A stretch of 59,485 nt of DNA, counting the filler. It is 9 parts of 9 records of this genome, joined end to end, with 100 filler letters (N's around TTAATTAATTAA, not from the genome) between each part and the next. Parts side by side here need not be neighbours in the genome. Positions count along the whole stretch, not along the records: positions 1 to 6,613 come from SRR31156797_44225; positions 6,714 to 12,782 come from SRR31156797_44238; 7 more parts are not named here. The stretch is one strand, 5' to 3'. Under the pieces are notes generated by a model. The model saw only the letters and a program-made list of their open reading frames with translations, had not been told where the DNA came from and did not search any database. Each line of letters begins with the position of its first letter. Position 1 is the first letter of the stretch. Made by a program: the position numbers and the translations under genes. Positions 1 to 9,831 of the stretch are shown here, piece after piece.

Positions 1-1113
1 ACCTCGGATGACGTCACGTTTCTCCGTCTTGCGCAGGCCGCCAATGATCAGGCTTTCGCCGTGGCGAATCCGGTTTTCCTTGTTGGTGATCGTACGCTCG
101 GTCACGATGGGAACCTGGTCAATACCCTCCGGGGTTAAGTGGGAAGCCAGCTGAACGGTGGTCTCGAGGCCGATTGTCCCGTCGCCGTAAACGTGGGGGG
201 TGATCTCCAGCGAGTCGATGATATCGTAGTATTCCGTCTGTGTTTTAAGATAGGGGGTTCCTGTGGTGTACTGGAAGGTGATTTCCTGAAGCGGCAAGTG
301 CTGCTTGGATTGGATCATCGCCGTCTGGCCGTTAACGACCTGCAACGTGGGATTCATCAGGATTTTCAGATACCCTCTGGAGACGAGGATGTCGACGAGT
401 GCTTCGAAGCGGTGCCCTTCTTCGCCCATGCTCACGCCGACATTCAAACCGAACGTTTCTCGGGTCGAGTCGCGAATGGACGCGCCCGGAAAGGCGGGCA
501 GGAGTCTGCCTTCCGAGTCCCTTGGGCCGCTGAGATTGATTTTCTCGCCGAAGAGGTTCTGGATCTCCAGGCTGGTTTCGCGGTCCATGGTCAGATCCGA
601 GTAGACCTCGGACACCATGCAGTCGATGCGGACCTGGATTGGTGGGACATCGGTTTCCCGGATGACCTCGAGGATGGCATCGGCATCCTGTTCTGTCAGG
701 CATCGGATGATGAGTTGGTTGGTGTCGACGTTGGCGGTGACCCCGAAGTTGGGTACTGTTTGAGATTTGCCCTTGGCGTCGAAGATTCGGCTGGAGAACT
801 GGTCCTCAATGAGCTTCTCCATCTTATCAGCGGTGTGGTATTGGCAGAAGTAGACGAGCTTCCATTCTTCGGCGCCGCCCACCGTCTGTTTCATCTTCTT
901 GGGCGGGGACTTGTAGATGTCCGGGAGCGGGTTGTTGGCGTCGGGCACTTCCTCGATTCGGCTCAGATCGCGCAAGATATTTTGCGCCTCGATCGCCGTG
1001 ACGCGCTCGTCCGGCCAGTCCTGACAACCCTGAAGCACCAATGTTCCCAGGAAAAGCAAAGCCACGAACAGTCGTTTCCTGTTGTGGCTGATCATTTGAC
1101 TTCGATTTATCAT
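1..1113 (-). CDS. Secretin (GspD/PilQ-type type II/III secretion outer-membrane pore) with lipoprotein signal; 3' end runs off the contig
   Basis: Not in the ORF track because no stop codon is reached. Manual translation from ATG 1113 gives MINRSQMISHNRKRLFVALLFLGTLVLQGC (lipobox LQG-C), an N-domain-like segment (..NQLIIR..ILEVIRETDVPPIQVRIDCMVSEV) and a secretin core (YLKILMNPTLQVVNGQTAMI, LEITPHVYGDGTIGL, VPIVTERTITNKENRIRHGESLIIGGL). Confidence 0.85.
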   Translation of the reverse strand, partial: MINRSQMISHNRKRLFVALLFLGTLVLQGCQDWPDERVTAIEAQNILRDLSRIEEVPDANNPLPDIYKSPPKKMKQTVGGAEEWKLVYFCQYHTADKMEKLIEDQFSSRIFDAKGKSQTVPNFGVTANVDTNQLIIRCLTEQDADAILEVIRETDVPPIQVRIDCMVSEVYSDLTMDRETSLEIQNLFGEKINLSGPRDSEGRLLPAFPGASIRDSTRETFGLNVGVSMGEEGHRFEALVDILVSRGYLKILMNPTLQVVNGQTAMIQSKQHLPLQEITFQYTTGTPYLKTQTEYYDIIDSLEITPHVYGDGTIGLETTVQLASHLTPEGIDQVPIVTERTITNKENRIRHGESLIIGGLRKTEKRDVIRG

Positions 1114-1331
1114 TCTATACCGCACCCGTCGTTGCTACCCGCAACACAGCATCCTTTCGGTTGATTCTCCTCCTCGCGGATACTGCGTGGGCAGACGATG
1201 TTAGAGAATATTCTATCGCATATTGTCCTATCGTCAAGGTCATTTTGATTGGATTAACAAAAATGGCCGTTTTCATTTTGCCTAACTTAAAAGAATGGAC
1301 AAATCGGACTTTTTTGCTAGGTTGTGCTTTC

Positions 1332-2675
1332 ATGACGAGAAAAGGACCGCAAAACGTCACTGTCGGCTTCGTGGCCCTGGGATGTCCCAAGAACGCGGTG
1401 GACAGCGAGAAGATGTTGGCGCAGATCGCGCAGGCCGGGTTTCTGGTGACCGGGGACGCGTCCCAGGCGGATGTCGTGATCATCAACACGTGCGGCTTCA
1501 TCGAGCCGGCCAAGCTGGAATCCCTGGATGCCATAGCTCGGGCGGTGGCTGACAAACGGGCCAAGCGGGTGCGCCGGGTCATTGTGGCCGGATGCCTGTC
1601 GCAGCGCATGGGACGCCAACTCCTCGATGAAGTTGAAGGGATTGATGCGGTGGTCGGTCTCGAACACAGAGACCGTATCGTGGAGATTGTGCAACGCACC
1701 TTGTCGAGCCGACACGCGCGCGTGTATGAACATCCGCTGTCCAATACCGTGGCTGACGATCGCGTGAGGCTGCGCATCGGTCCAGCGCACTGGGCCTATC
1801 TTCGCATCAGCGAGGGATGCAATCATCGCTGCTCGTTCTGCACGATTCCCGCCATTCGCGGGCCGTTCCGCAGCAAGCCGGCGGCGCTCGTCTCGGACGA
1901 GGCGCAGGAACTTGTCTCGTCGGGCGCGGTGGAACTGAACCTGATCGGGCAGGATACGTCGGCCTATGGTCGTGACCTGAAGGCAACGGATGGGTTGGCC
2001 TCATTGCTGGGCGATTTGGAGACGATCCCGGAGTTGGTCTGGCTGCGGCTTCTGTACGCCTATCCCACGGGCATCACGGATCGTTTGATTGAGACGATGA
2101 CGGCCAGTGACACGGTGGTTCGGTATCTGGACATTCCGATTCAGCACGCCAGCGACAAAATCCTGCAGGCCATGCGCCGGCCGGATACGCAGGCCCGTCT
2201 GCAGCGAATGATCGAGAACCTTCGGGCGGCTATGTCCGATATTGTCCTGCGTACCACAGTGATAGTCGGTTTTCCCGGCGAAACGGATGAAGCGTTCTCG
2301 GAGCTCATGGAGTTCATCCGTCGGGCACAGTTCGACGCGTTGGGTGCCTTTACCTATTTCCCCGAGTCGGGCACGCCCGCAGCCGAGTTCCCGGATCAGG
2401 TGCCAGACGAGGTCAAGCAGGCCCGGCTGGAAACCCTGATGCTCGCCCAGCAGGAAATCGCGTTCGCCAAAAACGCCGCCCGCGTCGGTAGCCGATTGAA
2501 ATGCTTGATTGACGCGGTCGATGAGGAGGGCACCGGGTACGGACGCTTCTTCGGGCAGGCCCCGGAGATCGACAGTGTTTGTCTCATCCCGGGATGCACG
2601 GCGGCGCCGGGACAGTACGTTGACGTGCAGGTGGCGGGGACCCAGGACTACGATTTGATCGTCGAGCAAATTTGA
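1332..2675 (+). CDS. rimO: Ribosomal protein S12 methylthiotransferase RimO
   Basis: UPF0004 motifs LGCPKN and INTCGFI, radical SAM CNHRCSFC, C-terminal TRAM domain with APEID. Start moved to ATG 1332 (MTRKGPQNVTVGFVALGC). Confidence 0.93.
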   Translation: MTRKGPQNVTVGFVALGCPKNAVDSEKMLAQIAQAGFLVTGDASQADVVIINTCGFIEPAKLESLDAIARAVADKRAKRVRRVIVAGCLSQRMGRQLLDEVEGIDAVVGLEHRDRIVEIVQRTLSSRHARVYEHPLSNTVADDRVRLRIGPAHWAYLRISEGCNHRCSFCTIPAIRGPFRSKPAALVSDEAQELVSSGAVELNLIGQDTSAYGRDLKATDGLASLLGDLETIPELVWLRLLYAYPTGITDRLIETMTASDTVVRYLDIPIQHASDKILQAMRRPDTQARLQRMIENLRAAMSDIVLRTTVIVGFPGETDEAFSELMEFIRRAQFDALGAFTYFPESGTPAAEFPDQVPDEVKQARLETLMLAQQEIAFAKNAARVGSRLKCLIDAVDEEGTGYGRFFGQAPEIDSVCLIPGCTAAPGQYVDVQVAGTQDYDLIVEQI

Positions 2676-2713
2676 TATTGAAGCGTTGGGCCAGCAGAAG
2701 TAAACTTGTCGCC

Positions 2714-3352
2714 ATGTTGAAGTGGCTCCCGAATATCCTGACTCTCATGCGACTGGTGCTCTCTTTCGTCTTCCTGGGCATGATTCTGTACGCTCCCCAT
2801 GTCGCGAACCGCACACTGTTCCTGGATGTGGCCTTTGTACTCTTCCTTGTCGCCGCCGTGACAGACGTCGTCGACGGCCACGTGGCCCGCCGGTTCAACG
2901 CGACGTCGAAGTTCGGTCGTATGATCGATCCCCTGGTGGACAAAGTCCTGGTGTGCGGGGCCTTCATCTGTTTTGCCGTCATTGGCGAACCTACCCTTTT
3001 CGGCCTCTCGAGGACGACGCTGGCGGTGATTCACTGGTCTGTCGTTGCCATCCTCCTGGCCCGCGAGGTCACCGTCACGATCCTGCGGCAGCTGGCGGAG
3101 GCACACGGTGTGAATTTTGCGGCCACCGCCTCCGGCAAGTTCAAAATGTTGCTCCAATCGTTCGCGATCGGCACGGTCCTGGTCAAGATGGCCCATGTGA
3201 CAAGGGCCTGGGGTGACTATTTCACCGCGGTTACGTTTGCGGCTATGGTGGTTATGACGATCATCTCCGGCTATCTGGCCACCCGGCGTCCCACCCGGAG
3301 ACAACCCCCAGCGGAGGAGAAACCCCATGACTCACCGAGCATGCCTGCCTGA
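2714..3352 (+). CDS. pgsA: CDP-diacylglycerol--glycerol-3-phosphate 3-phosphatidyltransferase
   Basis: LPNILTLMR N-terminus and CDP-alcohol phosphotransferase motif DVVDGHVARRFNATSKFGRMIDPLVD; rimO-pgsA order is common. Confidence 0.88.
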   Translation: MLKWLPNILTLMRLVLSFVFLGMILYAPHVANRTLFLDVAFVLFLVAAVTDVVDGHVARRFNATSKFGRMIDPLVDKVLVCGAFICFAVIGEPTLFGLSRTTLAVIHWSVVAILLAREVTVTILRQLAEAHGVNFAATASGKFKMLLQSFAIGTVLVKMAHVTRAWGDYFTAVTFAAMVVMTIISGYLATRRPTRRQPPAEEKPHDSPSMPA

Positions 3353-5483
3353 GCGCATCTGCCTGTGTCTTGTTATATTCGTGATTTTGACCGCAGGTGT
3401 TTGGGCGCAGGGGGCCGGGGAGTTTCTGCCGCCGCTGCCGGAGGGACAACGTTGGGAACTGGCCTGGAGCGATGAATTCGACGGCACGGCTATTGACCAG
3501 GGCAAATGGGATGTGATGGGCGACTGGAGACGTCGCGATGGCTTCTGGGTCAGGGAGGACGCCTATCTGGACGGCCAGGGCCATCTCATCCTGCGCACCA
3601 AGAAAGACGGCGAGCGCTACACCTGCGGCGCGATTCGCACGCGAGGCAAGTTCGAGCATCGCTATGGCTATTGGGTCTGTCGCTGCAAGATGCCCAGCGA
3701 GCAGGGGCATTGGCCCGCCTTCTGGCTCCACGGTGACAAGGTCAGTCGGGTGGGCGACGACGGTCGGGACGGGACCGAAATCGACATCATGGAGAAGCCC
3801 TGGCGCGAGGATCGGAATACCCAGAACCTGCACTGGGATGGCTATGGTGACGAACACAAGCACGTGGGCACCCGGTTCCTCGTCCCGGGCATCAGCGAAG
3901 GCTTCCACACGTTTGCCCTCTACTGGACGCCGGACGAATACGTTTTCTATGTCAATGGCCAGGAAACCTGGCGCAGCAGCGCCGGAGGCGTTTCGCAGGT
4001 TCCTCAGTATGCAAAACTGACTGAAGAGATCGGCGACTGGGGCGGAGATATCACGAAGGCGAAGCTGCCCGATCAGTTCGTGGTGGATTACGTGCGCGTC
4101 TACGATGTGGTGGGCGAGCCGAACACGGCCGAGCACTATCGGCGCAAGGCCTGGATCAGCCAGGCGGCCAACGTGCGACCATCCCCGCAACAGCTGGCGT
4201 GGCAGGAGTTGGAGTTCATCGCGTTCATTCACTACACTGTCAACGCCTTCACCGACAAAGAGTGGGGCGATGGCACCGAGAGCCCGGCCATCTTCAATCC
4301 GACCCAACTCGACGTGCGTCAGTGGGTCCGGATCTGCAAGGATGCAGGCATGAAGATGGTTATCCTCACCGCCAAGCACCACGATGGTTTCTGCCTCTGG
4401 CCCAGCGCGCATACCGAGCATTCGGTCAAGAACAGCCCTTACAAGAATGGCCAGGGCGATATCGTGGGCGAACTGGCGGCTGCCTGTCGTGAGGCGGGCC
4501 TGAAACTTGGTCTTTACTTGTCTCCCTGGGACCGGCACGAGCCGACCTACGGAGATAGCGCCAGCTACAACAAATTCTACAAACGTCAATTGCGGGAGAT
4601 CCTCAGCAACTATGGCGAAATCACCGAGGTTTGGTTCGACGGTGCCAAAGGGCCCGACGCCAAGGACATGGAATACGATTGGCAGGGCTACTACAGTCTG
4701 ATCCGCGAGTTGCAGCCGAACGCGGTGATTGCCATTTGCGGCCCCGATGTTCGGTGGGTGGGCAATGAGAGTGGGGTTGCCCGCGAGACCGAGTGGAGCG
4801 TAGTGAATCGTTCCACCGACAACGGTCAGAGCCTCGCCTGGCATCCGGCCGAGACCGATGTTTCCATCCGCCCCGGCTGGTTCTATCACGCCAGCCAAGA
4901 CGACAAGGTCAAGTCCGTTGAAAAGCTGCTGGAGATCTACTTCACGTCGGTGGGGCGTAACAGCGTTCTGCTCCTGAATCTGCCGCCCGATCAGCGGGGT
5001 CTCATTCACGAGAACGATGTGCAGCGGCTGCGCGAACTGCGTCAGGTTCTGGAGGCGATTTTTGACGAGAATCTCGCAGCCCGAGCCGTGGCCAAGGCTT
5101 CGCACGTCAAGGCTGGCAACCCAGCGTTCGGCGCTGACAAAATCGTTGACGGCGACAAGGACACCTATTGGACCACCGACGATTGGACGGCCGAAGCGTC
5201 CGTGGAGTTCGACCTGGGCGAAGAGAAGACCTTCAACGTGGCCGAATTGGCTGAGTACATCGCGGCGGGGCAACGGGTCGAAGAGTTTGTCCTGGAGGCC
5301 TGGACCGGGGGCACGTGGAAAGAATTCGCTCGGGGCACGACGATTGGCTACAAGCGCCTGCTGCGCTTTGACGAGGCGACTACGTCCCGTGTCAAGCTGC
5401 GTATTCTCAGTTCCCGCGTTTGTCCGACCCTCTCTGGCTTCGGTCTGTACCACGCGCCGCCCGTCGATGAGATTCTCAAGTAG
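3327..5483 (+). CDS. Secreted multidomain glycoside hydrolase: GH16 + GH29 alpha-L-fucosidase + F5/8 type C (CBM32-like) domain
   Basis: Signal peptide; GH16 motifs WSDEFDG, WPAFW and EIDIME; GH29 motifs TAKHHDGFCLW, YLSPWDRH, VWFDGA and SIRPGWFY; C-terminal DGDKDTYW..GTTIGYKRLL discoidin-like domain. Confidence 0.88.
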   Translation: MTHRACLPERICLCLVIFVILTAGVWAQGAGEFLPPLPEGQRWELAWSDEFDGTAIDQGKWDVMGDWRRRDGFWVREDAYLDGQGHLILRTKKDGERYTCGAIRTRGKFEHRYGYWVCRCKMPSEQGHWPAFWLHGDKVSRVGDDGRDGTEIDIMEKPWREDRNTQNLHWDGYGDEHKHVGTRFLVPGISEGFHTFALYWTPDEYVFYVNGQETWRSSAGGVSQVPQYAKLTEEIGDWGGDITKAKLPDQFVVDYVRVYDVVGEPNTAEHYRRKAWISQAANVRPSPQQLAWQELEFIAFIHYTVNAFTDKEWGDGTESPAIFNPTQLDVRQWVRICKDAGMKMVILTAKHHDGFCLWPSAHTEHSVKNSPYKNGQGDIVGELAAACREAGLKLGLYLSPWDRHEPTYGDSASYNKFYKRQLREILSNYGEITEVWFDGAKGPDAKDMEYDWQGYYSLIRELQPNAVIAICGPDVRWVGNESGVARETEWSVVNRSTDNGQSLAWHPAETDVSIRPGWFYHASQDDKVKSVEKLLEIYFTSVGRNSVLLLNLPPDQRGLIHENDVQRLRELRQVLEAIFDENLAARAVAKASHVKAGNPAFGADKIVDGDKDTYWTTDDWTAEASVEFDLGEEKTFNVAELAEYIAAGQRVEEFVLEAWTGGTWKEFARGTTIGYKRLLRFDEATTSRVKLRILSSRVCPTLSGFGLYHAPPVDEILK

Positions 5484-5490
5484 CCGGCGT

Positions 5491-6168
5491 CTATGAACCT
5501 GTCTCTCGCAGGCAGTCGTCGATCAGTTCTTCCGTTACGTCGTCGGGAGCGACGTCGAGCCGACTGAAGATCTCCGCTTCGAGTTGGAAGATTAAGGCAT
5601 CCACCTTTTGCTCCATCGCCGTCCGGCGGGCCTCATCGGTTTCGGGAAAAGCCAGAGCGCTTCGCTTGTGCGCCTCTTCCAAGCGCTCTCTCAGAGGCAC
5701 GATTTTATCGTGCATCGCGCGCTTGTCGGCGTAGTAGACCAGCTTGGCCTCCCAGGAATCGAGACGGCCGTTGGCGTCGAGCACGGCGGTGTACTTGTGC
5801 TGGCGAATGGTCTCGGCCAACACGGGGTACTGGTCCTGGAGAAAGGCATGGGCCGCCTCCTCATGGCGATGCTGACTGTTCTCAGCCTTCAGTCGCCTCC
5901 ACCGGGTCTTGTCCTCTTCGGTGACGGGTTGCTCAAACCAACTGAAGTCTTCCAGGGGGAAATCGCACACTCGAAATAGATCGTGCAGCAGGCAGGCCCG
6001 CTCCACCAGATCCACGTCGACGTCTGTACCCTTGGCCACCAGCCGTTGGGCCAGGAAGACACCCATCCGCGTGACCGCTTCACTGTGTCTGAGGATATGC
6101 AGGGGAAGATGACATTGCCGCATCATGGCTTCGCATTCGTCATGGCTTGGTAAGGCGTAGTCTCTCAT
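5491..6168 (-). CDS. HD-domain metal-dependent phosphohydrolase
   Basis: HILRHS..ACLLHDL..HEEA..IRQH..VYYADKR pattern. Start uncertain; ATG 6168 was chosen. Confidence 0.8.
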   Translation of the reverse strand: MRDYALPSHDECEAMMRQCHLPLHILRHSEAVTRMGVFLAQRLVAKGTDVDVDLVERACLLHDLFRVCDFPLEDFSWFEQPVTEEDKTRWRRLKAENSQHRHEEAAHAFLQDQYPVLAETIRQHKYTAVLDANGRLDSWEAKLVYYADKRAMHDKIVPLRERLEEAHKRSALAFPETDEARRTAMEQKVDALIFQLEAEIFSRLDVAPDDVTEELIDDCLRETGS

Positions 6169-6424
6169 GGGTTGCTCTTGTGACCCTCCTTCCGGAATCG
6201 GTCTTCTGTCTCGGAAATACGGATTCATTGGCCACGGTGTCTGATCGAGGACCGCAGCATCGTCAGCGTCATAACCGATCCGCGCCGGATTATCAACAGG
6301 CAAACCGGCAGCTTGACGAAGATCCGGTTTCGCGCAAAAACAACCAAAGCGGCAACCGCCGGCGGTCGATAGGACTGTGAGCAGCTTTGGTTTTGTCTAA
6401 GGTGTTGCTTTCAGGAGCGAGCTG

Positions 6425-6613
6425 ATGATCCGATTCAGATATCGTGGATCCAGGGATGGCGAACACAAGCCCCCCGGACTGGGCGGAAAACTCGGCGTGT
6501 CCCTCTTCTTCCTGCTGTTCTTCGCTGCAGGATCGTTCTTCGAAATCGTCATGATTCGCCAGTTCGGGCGGGCGGTGAGCCAGCGGTCCTGGCAGGAAAT
6601 CTCCTGTCGGATC
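6425..6613 (+). CDS. Membrane protein, DUF3592-like N-terminus (truncated by contig end)
   Basis: AGGAG upstream of ATG; a TM helix LFFLLFFAAGSFF followed by SWQEISCRI, resembling the W..v.g.I start of DUF3592. Confidence 0.5.
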
Positions 6614-6713
6614 NNNNNNNNNNNNNNNNNNNNNNNNNNNNNNNNNNNNNNNNNNNNTTAATTAATTAANNNNNNNNNNNNNNNNNNNNNNNNNNNNNNN
6701 NNNNNNNNNNNNN
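6614..6713. other. Artificial contig linker
   Basis: N44-TTAATTAATTAA-N44, which has stops in all six frames. Confidence 0.99.
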
Positions 6714-8305
6714 ATCCTTCGGAGGATAATGTGTCCCGGCTGATGGGGGAGGTGACCGAGCAGGCGGCGGAGACGCCTGTGTTCAAGCTCTCCCGCACCC
6801 TGAGGATGGCCGCTGAGGATCAGAGGGTGGGGGTCGTTATGATGAACCTCTCCGCTCTGGATTACGGCTCTCTGGCGGCTTTGCAGGAGCTGGAGCAGGA
6901 TATCCTGCTGCTGAAGGAGAAGGGCAAGGCCGTATACGCCTGGTCCGAATACTACAACACAAGCTCCTGGTACCTGGCGGCCGCGGCGGAGAAGGCCTAT
7001 CTGGATCCCATGGGCATTTTCCATCTGCCCGGCTTCGGCCTTTACCGGACCTATTACGGAGAGGCGCTGAATAACTGGAATGTGGATGTGGAGTTCATCC
7101 ATGCGGGGGAGTTCAAATCCTATGGCGAGGCCTATGTCTCTTCCTCTATGTCCGAGGATTTCAAGAGGGAGAACCTGAGGTGGCTGGGCAGTCTCTGGGA
7201 CCAGTACTGCCGCTCGGCGGCCTCACACCGGGGCATAAGGGCGCAGGACATTAAGGATTGGATCGACGCCTACCCCGATCTCCTCTCCCGGCGGGGGATG
7301 AACGATGCCCGGGCCGCCCTGGAGGGAGGGCTCATCGACGGCATATTCACGGAGAGCGAGATGGACCGGGAGATCTCGCTTCACAGTGAAGCGGGGGAGT
7401 TCATCAACTGGCTGGACTACGCCTCTCTGCTGGAAAGGGAGACGGCCCCCGAGGGAGAGAAGGCGGTGGCCGTGCTCAGCGCCACGGGGCAGATCCACGG
7501 GGGAAGCTCCCTGCCCTGGACCATCGGCGCGGATACCCTTGTCTCCGATCTGGACTGGATCGCCTCCATGGAGGATGTGCGGGCCCTGGTCCTCCGTCTG
7601 GATACGGGAGGGGGCAGCGCCTTCGCCTCCGAGCTGATTCGGCGCAGGCTGGAGGAGTTGAAGAGAGAGGGGATCCGCGTGGTCGTCTCCATGGGCGGCG
7701 TGACCGCTTCGGGGGGGTACTGGATCGCGTCGGCGGGGGATGAGATCTGGACTGACCCGGGCAGCATCACAGGCAGCATCGGGGTCTTCTCCCTGATTCC
7801 CAATGTCACCGAATTCGCTTCCCAGACCCTGAAGCTCCGCTCCGACGGCGTGGGCACCACCTGGATGGCCGGACAGGACAGGCTGGACCAGCCCCTGAAG
7901 GAGAAGAGCAGGGCGGTCTACCAGGCCGGCGTGGATCAGACCTACGAACAGTTCCTCTCTCTTGTCTCCGCCAGCCGGAGCATGGCCGGGGAGACACTCA
8001 GGCCCTATGCGGAGGGCCGGATCTGGAGCGGTCTGGAGGCGGTGGAGATCGGTCTGGCCGACAAGGCGGGCACCCTGCAGCAGGCCATCGCCTCGGCGGC
8101 GGCGCTGGCGGGCCTGGAGGAGTTCCGTCCCCTCTACATCACGGATCAGCCCCCGACGGCCAGAGATTATCTGAGCCGCATGACCGGAGGGATGGTCGCC
8201 AGACTGGGGCTGTCAGAGCCTCTTGCGGCGGTCACAGAGCTGATGGATCTGAAGCCGGGACGGGTGTACGCCCTGTCCGGATTGAGTTCCCCGGGACAAA
8301 AGTGA
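6714..8305 (+). CDS. sppA: Signal peptide peptidase SppA (67K type), 5'-truncated
   Basis: Two S49 domains; GEFKSYGE (Lys) and DTGGGSAFAS / VTASGGYW (Ser), ITGSIGV, AEGRIWSG. The frame is open from the contig start. Confidence 0.9.
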
Positions 8306-8359
8306 AAAAGGGATCAGAATTAATTGGATAATCCTTCGCTTTCGGATATGATTTAATAT

Positions 8360-8827
8360 ATGAAACCGATACTGCCTCTTGTAATCGTTAACAACATGCC
8401 TTGGTTTTGGCTGGGCATCGCCGTCATCATGACCATTGTCGAAGGGATGACCATGGGTCTCACCACCGTCTGGCTGGCTATCGCCGCCCTAGTGTGTATG
8501 ATCCTGTCTTTCTTTATCCCTTCCGTCACCCTACAGATCATCGTCTTTCTTATCCTTTCCATCGCCATGCTGGTATTCACCCGCCCCTTCGCCGTCAAGC
8601 GGCTGAAGCTGGGACGGGAGAGGACCAACGCCGACCGCCTTGTGGGCATGATGGGCATCGTGCAGAAGCAGGTCAAGTGGGACGAACCTGGCCAGGTGAA
8701 GGTCGGCGGTCAGATCTGGACGGCCCGTCCCGAAGCCGCCGAGAGTGTGTTCGAACTGGATCAGGAGGTTCGTATTCTGAGAATTGAGGGGGTCACCCTG
8801 ATCGTGGCCTCCCCGGATAAGGAGTAA
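8360..8827 (+). CDS. NfeD-family membrane protein (short form with OB fold)
   Basis: Hydrophobic N-terminus, then TNADRLVG..GQVKVGGQIWTA..VRILRIEGVTLIV; lies directly upstream of an SPFH gene. Confidence 0.88.
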   Translation: MKPILPLVIVNNMPWFWLGIAVIMTIVEGMTMGLTTVWLAIAALVCMILSFFIPSVTLQIIVFLILSIAMLVFTRPFAVKRLKLGRERTNADRLVGMMGIVQKQVKWDEPGQVKVGGQIWTARPEAAESVFELDQEVRILRIEGVTLIVASPDKE

Positions 8828-8832
8828 TTTCT

Positions 8833-9756
8833 ATGAATTCATCCTGGCTTTTTATCGCCCTTCTGTTGTTCCTGCTGATCCTCCTGATCAAGAACATCAG
8901 AATCGTACCCCAGGCCCATGCCTTTGTGCTGGAACGCCTGGGCGCCTACCAGAGCACCTGGGAGGTGGGGCTCCATGTGAAGATTCCCCTGGTGGACAAG
9001 GTGGCCAACAAAGTCTCCATGAAGGAGAACGTCATCGACTTCGATCCCCAGCCGGTGATCACCAAGGACAACGTGACCATGCAGATCGATACGGTGGTCT
9101 ACTATCAGATCACCGACGCCAAGCTCTTTTCCTACGGCGTGGACAGGCCCATCAGCGCCATCGAGAATCTGACGGCCACCACCCTGAGAAACATCATCGG
9201 TGAGCTGGAACTGGACGAGACCCTGACCTCAAGGGATATCATCAACACCAGGATGAGAAGCATCCTGGACGAGGCCACCGACCCCTGGGGCATCAAGGTG
9301 AACCGGGTTGAGGTAAAGAATATCCTTCCTCCCCCGGACATCCAGGACGCCATGGAGAAGCAGATGAGAGCCGAGCGGGAGAGGCGGGAATCCATCCTCC
9401 GCGCCGAGGGTGAGAAGAAGTCTGCCGTACTCGTCGCAGAGGGTAACAAGGAATCGGCCATTCTGAACGCGGAAGCTGAGAAGCAGGCGGCCATCCTGAG
9501 GGCGGAGGCCAAGAAGGAAGCGGCCATCAGGGAAGCCGAGGGTGAGGCCGAGGCCATCCTGAAGCTGCAGCAGGCCACCGCCAAGGGGCTTACCATGATC
9601 AAGGCCGCCGGCGCCGACGATTCGGTTATCCGCCTGAAGAGCCTTGAGGCCCTGGCGCAGGTCGCCGACGGCCAGGCTACCAAGATCATCATCCCCAGCG
9701 ATATCCAGGATCTGGCAGGACTCGTGACATCCCTGAAGGAAGTCTCCAAGGGCTGA
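8833..9756 (+). CDS. SPFH/band 7 (stomatin-like, QmcA-type) protein
   Basis: N-terminal TM, ITKDNVTMQID, TLRNIIG, PWGIKVNRVEVK, MEKQMRAERERR and an AEA-rich coiled coil. Confidence 0.93.
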   Translation: MNSSWLFIALLLFLLILLIKNIRIVPQAHAFVLERLGAYQSTWEVGLHVKIPLVDKVANKVSMKENVIDFDPQPVITKDNVTMQIDTVVYYQITDAKLFSYGVDRPISAIENLTATTLRNIIGELELDETLTSRDIINTRMRSILDEATDPWGIKVNRVEVKNILPPPDIQDAMEKQMRAERERRESILRAEGEKKSAVLVAEGNKESAILNAEAEKQAAILRAEAKKEAAIREAEGEAEAILKLQQATAKGLTMIKAAGADDSVIRLKSLEALAQVADGQATKIIIPSDIQDLAGLVTSLKEVSKG

Positions 9757-9777
9757 TCCCCATCCTGAATTAACAAT

Positions 9778-9818
9778 AAGCCGTCCGGTTACAGCTTTGC
9801 CATCCGGACGGCTTTTTT
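9778..9818. terminator. Rho-independent terminator between the convergent SPFH and LuxR-type genes
   Basis: AAGCCGTCCGG...CCGGACGGCTT stem followed by a T run on the + strand. Confidence 0.8.
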
Positions 9819-9831
9819 ATCGATGTTCAAA

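Noticed and set aside
139-1164. 341-aa + strand ORF
   Set aside because: Antisense shadow of the minus-strand secretin gene; no motifs of its own.
3261-5453. 730-aa minus-strand ORF
   Set aside because: Antisense shadow of the GH16-GH29 gene, expected in GC-rich DNA with strong codon bias.
6714-9756. sppA-nfeD-SPFH as a novel system
   Set aside because: NfeD-stomatin pairs with a linked serine protease are well described.
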